Source: Saprolegnia diclina VS20
Lineage: Eukaryota
DNA length: 57,156 bases
Assembly (NCBI RefSeq): GCF_000281045.1
Contig: NW_008246071.1
Span: 190,542-247,697, forward strand
Reading direction: 5' to 3'
Shown here piece after piece: positions 36,432 to 47,515 of the stretch; position 1 is the first letter of the stretch; every line of letters starts with the position of its first letter. Made by a program: the position numbers and the translations under genes. The notes beneath the pieces are model-generated. The model had not been told where the DNA came from and did no database searches. It saw nothing but the letters and a program-made list of their open reading frames with translations.

Positions 36432-37237
36432 GCGGAGCACATGCTGCCCGCGGGCGTTCCGAGACATGCTGTGAGCTACCCATGTGAGTGCCTCCGCCAT
36501 GCGGTCGCAAAGTCTTGTCCCACGCGCGCCGTCGACTCGGTACATGGCGTGGATACAGCGCCAGGTCAAACCGTACAACGTCCATTCCCGTACGTACCGT
36601 CCAACGTGGCACCCAATCGCATGCGCTTGTCGGTGTCAACACGGCCTGTCGACACCGCGGACGGGGGAAACAAGCTGTACGATGTACGAGCAATGTACGG
36701 AAGATTCATGTTGCCCTTTCTGCGAGATCGCAAGAAGATCGCCGGCCAAATCTTCAAACGCCAAATGTGCATGACGTAGCAGCGTCTTCGGCGCCTTTGC
36801 CACGGCCGCCGTGCGAGCGCGTCGTCGACGGCCTGACGAAGGCTGCCTGCGGTGCAAGTTGAACATGGCAAGACCACGTGTCCCACATCAATCAAAACGC
36901 ACTCTGGGATCAGAGCTGCTATCTCTGGGAGGGTGTATGGAGCAAGGCAACGAGTGGCTTCAAGGTGCTTCCTAAAGTTGAGCCGATGCGCCGTACGATG
37001 TACCTGTCGTAGCGTAGTACCCGTCGGCAGTAGCAGTGGCGCGTGCTAAGATGAAGCACCTACGGTAGTGCGCGGACGAAGAGTCGGTGGCTTCGCTGCG
37101 ACGTCCGGAGGCACCTGTGGCGATTGCATGACTTGGTAGAGTACGTGGTGCAACGGTGCGATCAAGAGCCCAACAACGGCGAACGCCACTGAAGTGATGT
37201 TCGATGTGTCATTGTATACCAGACACGACTCTACTCT

Positions 37238-38296
37238 TTACACAGTGATAGCCGAGTCTTCGTGCTGGACGTCTTGGATCTCGAACAAACGGATCTTCTC
37301 GGCCATGCTACCGTCAGGGTACACGGCCGCGACGCGCGACACGTCGTCGGGACTATCGAGGAGGCGCCGCACCGAGAGACCGGCGTGTCCAAGAAGCCGG
37401 AAGAGCATGTCGTCGGACGCGGAGCTTCGCGTTTGGTGCGACAGCAGCATGAGTCGGTTCTTTTTACTGCGCCCTGGCGTCAGTGGCCAGCGCAAGAGCC
37501 GCTCAATGGTTGCAACCAGGGCGGGAATCAATGTCTCAACCCACACAATGTCCGAACCCAGGATCACGTCGGCCGCGTCGAGCTGCAACGACGACGGGAA
37601 GTCGCGATGGAACCAGTCGAGCTCTGCAGCGCGCGTTGTTTGGGTCGGGTGCAAGGCGCGCAACCGCTCCTTATTGAGTGCAATGTTGTGGTTGGTATTG
37701 GCCAGCGTGTACGCAAGGTCGGTCAGGAGCACATCATCGGCACCGCAAAAGGCCGCGGCGAGCCCGACGAGCCCGGTGCCAGCACCGAGCTCAATGACGC
37801 GGCGCCCAGCGACGCTGTGGGGGCTACCTCGCGGCTGCTGCTCGAGGTACTTGGCCAAGACCACCGAGCCATCCCAGATCGTCAAACCCGTGCCTTGGCC
37901 CGTGTTGCCGACCTCATCAATGAGCACGGGCTCTCCGTGGATCGTCATCTCGCCCTTGTCGAATGCAAAGTTGAAGCCGCGACTCGCGATCGCAGCGACC
38001 GCGCCCGATGGCCGGCGCGGGAAAAGGATACGCGCATGGGTCTTGACTTGCGCGGCGGATGTCAATGGTACAAAGGTGTTGGCGCTGGCGTCGAAAATGG
38101 TCATGGGCGTGGCGTCGCCGGCCGCTGACGGCGGCAAGAGAGCGTGGATGGCCGACGTGATGGCTTCGATCGAGGCATCTTTCGGCACGCGCACGCGCTG
38201 GTGGCCGTCAAAGTAGCCATCAGCTTCGACAATCAAGACGTTCATGGAGAACACGCGAGTCGTGAGGCAGACGAGCAAGAAGGTCGCTAGTCGCAT
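37238..38296 (-). CDS. METTL21-like (Methyltransf_16) protein-lysine methyltransferase with N-terminal extension
   Basis: GTGLTIWDGSVVLAKYL, VIELGAGTGLVGL, VLLTD, ELDW, ILGSDIVW motifs; intronless. Confidence 0.9.
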   Translation of the reverse strand: MRLATFLLVCLTTRVFSMNVLIVEADGYFDGHQRVRVPKDASIEAITSAIHALLPPSAAGDATPMTIFDASANTFVPLTSAAQVKTHARILFPRRPSGAVAAIASRGFNFAFDKGEMTIHGEPVLIDEVGNTGQGTGLTIWDGSVVLAKYLEQQPRGSPHSVAGRRVIELGAGTGLVGLAAAFCGADDVLLTDLAYTLANTNHNIALNKERLRALHPTQTTRAAELDWFHRDFPSSLQLDAADVILGSDIVWVETLIPALVATIERLLRWPLTPGRSKKNRLMLLSHQTRSSASDDMLFRLLGHAGLSVRRLLDSPDDVSRVAAVYPDGSMAEKIRLFEIQDVQHEDSAITV

Positions 38297-38311
38297 GTAC
38301 TAGTAGCAATT

Positions 38312-38371
38312 GAAAAGCGCACCTATCTCGCGAGATAGCATTGGGTGCGCTTTTCGTACGCCAATCAGCGT
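38312..38371. promoter_or_regulatory. Palindromic core of a 116-bp bidirectional promoter, with adjacent CCAAT box
   Basis: GAAAAGCGCACC (38312-38323) and GGTGCGCTTTTC (38344-38355) form an inverted repeat around the palindrome CTATCTCGCGAGATAG. CGCCAATCAGCGT at 38359-38371 also occurs at 12567-12579. Confidence 0.6.
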
Positions 38372-38412
38372 TGGCGAGGATCGCATCCAGCCCAGACAAC
38401 GTGCGAATTTGA

Positions 38413-39485
38413 ATGGAGGCAAGCGGGAAGACGACCGAAGCGGCGCCGACGGCCGTGCTGCCAGTGGCCGCCCCGGCGCCGGCAATCGAGACGAGCACGC
38501 CGACGCCCACTGCTGCGCCCGCCGAGGCAGAGCCGGCGCAAAAGCTCGTGGGCAAGAAGCGCCGCCGTGAGCGAAAGCAAGCGCTCAAGAAGTCGCAGCT
38601 CTGCCGCCACTTTGACAAGCCGACGGGCTGCCCGTTCCCGGACTGCGTCTACGCCCACGGCTTGTACGCGGATACATACATGCGCTCAAGCTCACAATAC
38701 GCGGGATAGGGACGAGATCCAGGACGGCGGCGCCATCACGGTCTCGGCCCAGCGCAAGCTCCTGCGCGAACAGGGCGAGCAGCGCCAAAACGAAAAGTTC
38801 ATCTTGAGCACAAAGGACGCCAAGGACGCGCCGGTCGCCGAGTACGTGGCGCGCACGGGCTCGATGGTCGACCGCTACTACACGCGCTTGTATGCGTCCG
38901 ACGTGCTGGAGAAGCCCAACGAGGACCAGTTTGTCAACATGCACTCGAACCGCCTCTGCGTCGTACGGCCCGTCTTTGTCCCATGCACTATCCTCACTCG
39001 CGCGACTACTAGCTGGGCATTGCGCCGGGCCACGCGATCTTCAAGGACAACCTCACGGTGACCAAAGTTGAGTTTGAGCAGTCCGTGCTCGACAACAAGG
39101 TCTCGGGAAAGAAGAAGAAGGGCGGCGTGTGGTTCAACCCGCAGTCGATCGTCTGCCGCATCGTGTGCGCCAACGACGTGACGTACAGCATCCGCAGGTA
39201 GGTCCCCCACCACAAGCCCGCTTCATGCTCGGAGCTAGCTGCATCCGCGGTGCCCTTATCGAGTTCAACGAGCGCCTACTCGAGACGCCCGAGCTCGTCA
39301 CGCGCAAGGTAGCATCATTCTCGTGCGTCTTCGTGATGTACATGCTAACGTAGCCGTTCACGGAAGGCTTCCTCGCCATCGTGCGCCCCAAGCCCGTCGA
39401 AGTGGCCGAGATCCAAGCGTCGCTGCTCAAGCACGCCGACTACGTGGCGCTCCGCGGCTTCACCGACCCCAAAGTGTTTCAGTAA
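38413..39485 (+). CDS. CCCH zinc finger fused to an ABITRAM/FAM206A (Simiate) domain, multi-exon
   Basis: KSQLCRHFDKPTGCPFPDCVYAHG; then SMVDRYYTR, HSNRLCVVGIAPGH, NKVSGKKKKGG, SCIRGALIEFNERL, EGFLAIV. Confidence 0.88.
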
Positions 39486-39534
39486 TACAGTGCGGTATCT
39501 GCATTCATACGACGCAGCCTTACAGCGGGTGGGC

Positions 39535-40761
39535 TTACGTGGGCTTGCGAATCACTGCGTCCAGCATCGTGCGCATGAAGCGCGTGAGCTCGCTTCGGGA
39601 AAAGCTCAGATCCTCCTGTAAATGAGGTGAGTCGACGCATGGGAATACAAAGAGAAAACATACGAGGAGGTAGGCCGGCGCGGTGGCGTCGGCTTGGCGC
39701 TTGTGGTACGCGACCTCTTCCGGCGACGGCAGGTAGTCAATCTGCTTGCGCGGGTTGGCCGGAATCGCGAGCTCAAAGGCAAACTGCTGCGCTCGGAGCG
39801 AGTCGGTGACGCGGCAAGCGACTTCCTGCACATCGCCGTCCTTCTTGAGCGTCATGTGCATGCTCGTGACCAGCTCGTACATGCGCAGCAGCTACGTGGG
39901 CGGCGTTTGTTGGATGTAGAATAAATATGTCCAGTATGCACCTTGTTGGTGTGCGCGAGCTTGGCGTGCATCTCGGAGACTGACGCGTTGGCCGACAACG
40001 CGGGCTGCTCAGCCTGCGTTTCCTCAAGCTGCAGCCGCAAGGACGTGTTTTCCGCTCGCAGTTGGTCGAACTTTTGCTTGAGGTCAGCGAATCTACGAGC
40101 AAGATGCGTGAGCCTTTGGCTGCATCGGCGTGGGAACCGACTCGCTCGATGATGCCGACTTGGCGTCTTGCTTGGACTTGGCGCGCTCGAGGTCTTCGCG
40201 CATGCGCTCGTACTTGTCGAGCTTCTTTGTGAGGTTGGCAATCTCCTGCTTCATCTTGGACGCGGCCTTGTCGTGGGCATCGGCCTCGGCTTTGGCGAGC
40301 TTGCGCGACTCTTCCAGCAGCTTCTCTGGCTCTGTTTGCCGCAGGCTCGAAAGCTCTGCATAGTCGCGCCGCAGCTTCTTCAAAGCAGTCTTGCTGTCCT
40401 TGTCGCCGTCCAGGGACAAAAGAACCTCCTCGACCGCAGAGGCAAATGAATCGGGCGACTTGGGCGACTTGGGCGACGCCTTCGGCCGCTTCTCGGGCTT
40501 CTTCGCGACAGCATCTGCCTTCTTCGCAGGCTCAGCCTTCTTGGACTCGATCGCTTCGAGCGGGCGCTTCTTCTTGCTGGGCACCGGGTCCAGCGCCGCA
40601 GCTGGCGCCTTGGCCTTGGCAGACGGCTTGGCCTTCTTGGCCTCGAGCTTCTTCAACGGGCGCTGATCGTCGCTCTCATCGCTCGAGGACCCATACGTCT
40701 TGGCGGGCGTCTCCCACTCGCCATAATGGATGGCCGCCTTCTCCTTGGTCGCCCGTGCCAT
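39535..40761 (-). CDS. Probable monopolin subunit Csm1/Pcs1-like kinetochore protein
   Basis: Basic disordered N-terminus; YAELSSLRQTEPEKLLEE coiled coil; C-terminal RWD-like MYELVTSM...FAFEL...DYLP...APAYLLEDLSFSRSELTRFM. Confidence 0.65.
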
Positions 40762-40932
40762 CGCCGTCGGTCCCAAACACGTTCAAGACACTTCAGGACC
40801 TGCATTTTTATTCAGATGGAACTTGACATTTGTATGCTGGAATTGTATTTCCGTCGCGTTGACTAGGAATTCCGGATAAATTAAAGACGTATGCGGAGTG
40901 CACGTGACTGGCCGCATTTTGAATCGCGCCAA

Positions 40933-42279
40933 ATGAGCGAGGAAGCATCCATCTTGCTCGGCCTGCCTGCCAAGGACGTCGCCGTCGACGACACATGCCC
41001 CTACACGGCCAAGCTGGGAGGCCTGCCGGTATGCGTGCCTAGCCCGACCTCGATAAGACGCAGCGTCTAGGCGTACTACGACCCGGCGACCGCGGTGCCA
41101 TACGAAGATCTCGTGTGCCCGCGCTGCCAGCACCAGCTCTACCTCGTCGCCCAGGTGTGTGAACGCCAACGCACTCTCTACCTGCAACGTAGCATGCGTT
41201 GGCTAGGTGTATGCACCCGTGACGACGGATCGCACGCTCTACATCTTTGGCTGCAACTCGATCAAGTGCACGACGACGACCAACAGGTACTTCAGTCCTC
41301 ATGATCTTGCTCCATATCAAAAGTATGTGCATCCAATCTTAGCTGGCGCGTGCTTCGATACGAGTCCAAGGTGGCTGAAGAGGTAGTCCCGGACGCCATG
41401 CCGCCGCCCGCTCCAGCCGCAACGCCGGGCTGGGGCGACGACGATGATGACGACGATGACGATTGGGGTGACGTGAGCACGTCTGCATGGGGCACTCCGG
41501 CCGCGGTGGCTACAACGACTGTGGATCTCGAGGCCCTCCTTGACGCGCGCGACTCGGCCATGACGACGAAGGTCGCTACGACGATTGCCAAGCCCAAAGC
41601 GACAACGACGGCGACGACCGCTGCCAGCGCGCGCCCGCACTTTCCCGCCATTTCGCTCCATGTTGAAGGCGAGCCCGAGTCGGCGGGGGCCGAGCGCTAC
41701 CAGCATGAGACGCAACTTCTCAACGCGTACCTGGCCGAAGAGGAAAAGGAGAACGCAACCGAGGTCGCGCGGCTCAAGACGATCCTCAAGGCCAAGACCG
41801 ACGTCGTGGCGTCCAGTGGCGGCGGCGAGAGCGAGTCGGTGGAAGCGTACGAGCGCACGCCCTTGCGCGAGAAGCTCTTTCTCCGCTTCCAGAAGCGCAT
41901 GAAGCGAGCGCCGACGCAGTGTCTGCGGTACCACTACGGCGGCGACCCGCTCTGGTCGTCGCCACCCCCCAAGATCGACGTGCCAGCATGTCCCTGTGGC
42001 GCGTCCCGCGTCTTTGAGCTCCAGGTAAACCCAGCCTATCTTGGACACTCGCCCTTTCTCATGCGACTGTAGCTTGTGCCGACGACCAACTACTTTTTGA
42101 ACGTTGAGAAATACGCCCACGAGACACAACCGGAAGGCGCGGGCCTTGTGCTGGGCGGCGGCATGGACTGGCAAACGGTGCTTGTCTGGTCATGCCCCGA
42201 CAGCTGCGCGCGCAGCCAAGAAGAGTTTGTGTTCGTGCAGCCCGTCACGGACGCCTCGACGAAACCCCAGCACGACTAA
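40933..42279 (+). CDS. PDCD2L: PDCD2-like / Tsr4 ribosomal-protein chaperone
   Basis: AKLGGLP, CPRC..LYLVAQVYAP, RTLYIFGC, FQKRMKRAPTQCLRY..GG.PLW, CPCGASRVFELQLVP, MDWQTVLVWSC. Confidence 0.9.
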
Positions 42280-42304
42280 GAACACATCTTGTGGCGCTAT
42301 GCTC

Positions 42305-44901
42305 TTAGCAGCGTTCAAAGATCTTGTAGAGGTTGTTCAGGCTCGCAATCGGGCGCAGAATGCCATTGTCGTGGAGTTGGTGCGGGGGCTCAAACTGCGT
42401 CGTCTTGAGCGCTGGGTAGATGACGTGCTTGAGCACGTGCGCCGCCTTCTCGTTCGAGGCCTCGGGGTACGCCATGTCGCTGTACCACAGCGCGAGCGTC
42501 GTGCACACGCCTTCAAAACACGCTTCTTCTTCGTCCCAAGGGACGTCTTGGAGCTGCAAAATAAACTCGGGCAGCGCATGCATGGATGGCTCGTGACCGG
42601 GCAAAACGACAGGAATGCGCGCCAGCAAGCCCTACGTTCACTCGTCTCCATGTGGCCAAGTCGTTGTGTCGTACCTCGGGCGTAAAGTGTACGCCCAAGT
42701 ACTCGGCCAGCATCGGCGCCTTGTCGAGCAGCGTCGTTTGAATCGTGCGGGCAATGGCGTCTTTGGGGCCGTCGGCCTCAGTGTACAGATTCTGCGGATT
42801 CTCGAGCGCGCAGAGGACGAGATCGAAAATCGGGAGCGGCTCGTGCAGCGTGATGGTCGAGAAGGACCCAAACTGACGCACAATGTGCTGGTACATGAGC
42901 GCCATGGCCACGGCGCCATGCCGAACAATGTATAGCTTTTCCAAGTGCTGGATCACGGAGTAGTGGTCGTCGACGAGCCCAACAAACGTGTGTTCGCGAA
43001 AGAGCTATCGGTCACGAACGTTATCAGACGCTCGGTAGTTGGAGGCTTGCGTACCTTGGTCAAGCTGCGATCACAGCGCGCACGAATCTGGTCCTTGAGG
43101 TTCATGATACTCGTCAAGCTCTGCGGATCCACATCTACATCGTATGTACGCTGGAGACTTGTTGTGTGAGCGCCGAACGGACGTACCCTCGTCGTCGTCA
43201 TCATGCTCAAGTTCGCCGTCGGCCGTGCTTGGCGTGTCTTGGCTGGCCCGCCGCGGTGTCGGTGGCAGAATTTCGCTCTCGTCCAAGGTCGAGTCCAAGT
43301 CGAGGGTGACGTTGGCGTCATCTTCATCGTCCGCGTGGAACGACGTGTCTGACACAAGGAATTGGTCCATCGTCGTCGCTTGGTGGTCGGTGCGCACGAG
43401 CCGCTGTGGTGCCTACGCCATACCGATGCGATCCGTGCACTTGATACACTGATATTGTACCTTGGCGGCAACGTACGTTTTGGCTTTGGCTTTGGTCAAG
43501 CTCACATGCACCAGCGGCGACGTCTCGTCCAGTGGTCGTTTCTTCGCCTTGCGCTGCGGGGTCGCCTGGTCGTCGGAAGACGCGTCATCGTCATTGTCTT
43601 CGTCGTCGGCCGCGCTGTCTTGGGAAAAGAGCGCGCTGGACGGCGCCACGACCCGGCGCGTCACCAAGTGCGACGTGAGCATCGATGCGATGGGCTGCAC
43701 CGCAAAGACGCGCGACTCGTTCCCGCCGCGGAGCAGTGCGTCGGCGTAGTCCGCGATCGCCTGCACCAGCGTTTCTTCATGCAGGAAATGCACCTCGCGC
43801 TTGGTCGGATGGACGTTGACATCGACGTTCATGGGCGGAATCGTCATGGCCAAGTACACGAACGGATGGCTGTGCTTGGGAAGGTACTGCGCGTAGACGT
43901 GCTCGATGGCCCGGCGGAGCGTCGGGCACTCGACAAGCCGGTTGTTGATGAAGAGGATGAACGTGGCCTTCTTTGTGCTACGTGGACAACGTTCAAACTC
44001 TCACATCATGCAGGTCGACGTCTACTTGTAGTTGGCGTTGGTGATGTAGCCAATTGCCGTCACTGGCTTGTCGTTGCCGACGGGCGTTGCCTCGGTGAAC
44101 GCGACTGGAATGACCTCGCTTGCAATGGACGGACCGAAAATGGCCTTGATCACGTCTACTTGGCTCGTCCCTTGCGAGATGTTGACGTCGCAAGTGACTT
44201 CGCGGTGCTTCTTGCAGACAAAGCCCTTGCCTTGGCTCGCGTAATGCAAGGCGTAGCGCTGGACGACGTCGAGGATGCGCTGGTACTGCTCCGAGACGTT
44301 CTTGAGCGCTTGCTTGCGCGTTGTGAGGTTGTAAAACATGTCTTCCACCTACACGAGGTCACTCGACGTCCATGCTGACGCCCATGCATCCTACGAGGAT
44401 CTGTGTCCCGGTCTTGCCAGCGCAGGGCACGGGGGCTGTCGGACCACCCGGGACCTTGGGCACGAGGACGCCGTCGCGGTAGTGCGCACTGCATTGCAAT
44501 CAGATCTTGGAGCTCAGAAATAAGGTGTACCGGTACGCGCAGGGCTGGTCGTTCGTCTTGGACGTGATCGTGACGTGCGCGACGTGGGAGACGCTCGAGA
44601 GCGCTTCGCCGCGGAAACCATAAGAGGAAATCTCGCGCAGGTCCTCGAACGACCGGAGCTTGCTCGTCGTGAAGCGCTCGCAGACAATGTCGAGGTCCTC
44701 GCGTGCAATGCCGCAGCCGTCGTCTGTGATCTGCAGCAGCTTGAGCCCGCCGGCGCCGGCGACGACCGATATCTGGCGCGCGCCAGCGTCCAGGCTGTTC
44801 TCAAGCAGCTCCTTGAGCGCGTTCGCGGGCCGATGGACGACCTCGCCGGCTGCGATCTTGTCGACGACCGCTTGCTCCAGCCGCTCGATCCGGCGCGCCA
44901 T
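42305..44901 (-). CDS. MLH1: DNA mismatch repair protein MLH1
   Basis: [72 protein letters not shown]-terminal LYKIFERC. Confidence 0.97.
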
Positions 44902-44982
44902 GCTGGGGCCACTTGAATCCAAAACAAAGTGTTATCTAGTGTTATGTATGAAATAGTGTTCTCTTGAATGCTGTTTCGACAA

Positions 44983-45369
44983 NNNNNNNNNNNNNNNNNN
45001 NNNNNNNNNNNNNNNNNNNNNNNNNNNNNNNNNNNNNNNNNNNNNNNNNNNNNNNNNNNNNNNNNNNNNNNNNNNNNNNNNNNNNNNNNNNNNNNNNNNN
45101 NNNNNNNNNNNNNNNNNNNNNNNNNNNNNNNNNNNNNNNNNNNNNNNNNNNNNNNNNNNNNNNNNNNNNNNNNNNNNNNNNNNNNNNNNNNNNNNNNNNN
45201 NNNNNNNNNNNNNNNNNNNNNNNNNNNNNNNNNNNNNNNNNNNNNNNNNNNNNNNNNNNNNNNNNNNNNNNNNNNNNNNNNNNNNNNNNNNNNNNNNNNN
45301 NNNNNNNNNNNNNNNNNNNNNNNNNNNNNNNNNNNNNNNNNNNNNNNNNNNNNNNNNNNNNNNNNNNNN
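44983..45369. other. Assembly gap (387 N)
   Basis: Run of N. Confidence 1.
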
Positions 45370-45553
45370 ACTTTAGCGCGAGGTATTCTTGTCATGTACC
45401 GGGCTGAACCGGGTACAATGCTATGGCATTTGGCATGAGTCGATGCGTCAAGGCAGCATTTTGCAACATATAGTGTGATCGTGAATTGTGATATAGTATG
45501 AAACCGGATATTTTCCGGAAGATCATTTGACCTGATGCCAAAAATAGTTTGCA

Positions 45554-47390
45554 ATGACAGCGACCGAGGTGCAGGAAGCAGCGCCGACGCGCGCTGTCGA
45601 CCATGGCAGCAGCTCCGACGAGGTCCTCGAGGTAGCCTCGCCCAGTGCTATGCTCATGACCGACCTATGGCCTTGCTGTAGCTGACGTTTGCAGAGCCTG
45701 GCGACCTCGGCATCCGCATTGCCTTCGACCACGACGGGCATGTGCTTGTCAAGAAGATCGAGTCGGTCCCAGGTACACAGCGCGCCAGCGGCTGCGTATG
45801 TACTGACATCATCCTAGGGCCCGTCGAGCGCATCTGCCCCGACTTGACGCCTGGTGACGTGCTCGTGGCCATCGTACCTTAGGCGATCACCACCTTCATG
45901 TTAATCGTGGGTGGTGTAGAATGCGACCAACGTCCTTCCATACTCGTTTCGCGACGTCATGAAGAAGCTGCGCGAAGCGAAAAGCAGTGACAAGCCAATG
46001 CAGCTGGCCTTTCTGCCCAAGGCCGGCGCGTCCTTCTTTACGTCCACCGAGTCGCTCGTTGAGGCATGGCTGCGGGAAGAGCAAGCGCACATGGACGACG
46101 GCGAGTTTGAAGTCATCTTTCCGCCGTCGCAGCCCCTCGGATTTCAGCTTGGCGAGTCGTTCCTTATGGTCAAGCCGTTTGTCGTCACGGACGTCGAGGT
46201 GGACGCAGCGTGGGCGGCACGGATTCGTGGCAAGTGCGTCGTCAAGATCAACGACCACGTCGTCTTGGGGGCGCCCGTCGACGACGTTCGAGACCTCCTC
46301 TCGAGTATCGACCCGAGTTTGTTTCCAAAGCAATTGTCGCTGCTTCGTCTCTCGGCGTCCACACCATCAGCGACGCCAGACGACGACTATGACATCGTGA
46401 CGATCCCGACGTCAGACTGGATGCCACGCTTCCGCTTTGCGCTCGTTGAACGCATGCTCGAAGTACCAACGATCGAGCCGTTTGCAGCAGCCTTAGACAG
46501 GCCACTGCTGTCGCCGCGGACGAGCAAAGAGCGGCGACGGGATGGAATTGCGCCCGGACAGCTGCTTATCGCTATCAACGGGATCTCGGCGCTTGGCATT
46601 CACGCAGATCGAACGCCCGGCTCGTCGCACGTCGGAATGGTCACCGTCGCGCTCGAGAAGCTCGAAAACGAGCCGCGATCGCTTCTGGTTCGCGACTTGA
46701 CGCTGTATGAACGGGAGTTTCGGGCGCAGCGGCCACTCTCGCCGTGGCGTCGTCGGTGTCCTTCACCACCCACCGCTGGTGATAGCAGTGCAGTACCAAG
46801 TAGCACGATCACAGTAGCGTCGGCGCCCCGCGTCTTGACCGAGCTCCTTACGTCGAGCCTCGCTCGGGTGCCGGCGAGTACCGGTGAGGCGCTTGATGCA
46901 CGCCAGACGTGGGTGACCTCCCGTCTACGACACGTAACGATCCAAGCGCCATCCGCGTCCGAAGCCTTGGGACTCTCGCTCGAGACGGACTTTTCGACCA
47001 AATATACCGTGTTTCACAAGTTTGAACGGTACATTTCACCGTTTTGTGCATCTTTGTGTGAACGACCTTGCTTACTTAGCGCTCCATCGCCTGCGCTCGA
47101 GCGCGTCGACGCTGGGGATCGTCTTACCCACTTGAACGGAGCCCCGATTGAGACGCTAGATACTGCCGCCATTATCGACTTTTTGCGCAGCAGTGAAGAC
47201 AAGACCCCTCGGTACGGCAACCGACACGGCACATGCTGAGAAGCTTCCTGTTTGTAGCACCGTCCGAGTGCTCAAGGCGCGGTCCAGTCTGCCCAAGAGC
47301 TTGATGACCTCGTGGAAGTGGGTCCGGCGCTCGTTTACGGCCAAAACCACTCCGCGTTTGCTCGACACGGCGGCAGCCACTGTCGAGTAG
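45554..47390 (+). CDS. Multi-PDZ protein (about four PDZ-like domains), multi-exon
   Basis: GDLGIRI...LTPGDVLVAIN; PLGFQL...VVKIND; IAPGQLLIAING; ALGLSL...VDAGDRLTHLNG. Confidence 0.75.
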
Positions 47391-47515
47391 CTCGCGACTC
47401 GGTGTGGTCTTGTCACTTGACGACAAATGTAGTTGCGATATTCGAGAACGAAAAGACATACGAGTATATTAAAAATGCAATAACGAGCTCCATGCAATAT
47501 CAAATGTAGCTGCGG

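Noticed and set aside
36440..37200. Overlapping short ORFs upstream of the ABCC gene, including a CCPFC motif
   Set aside because: No consistent spliced model or recognisable domain.
44514..45554. ORFs spanning poly-X
   Set aside because: Artefacts of the N gap.
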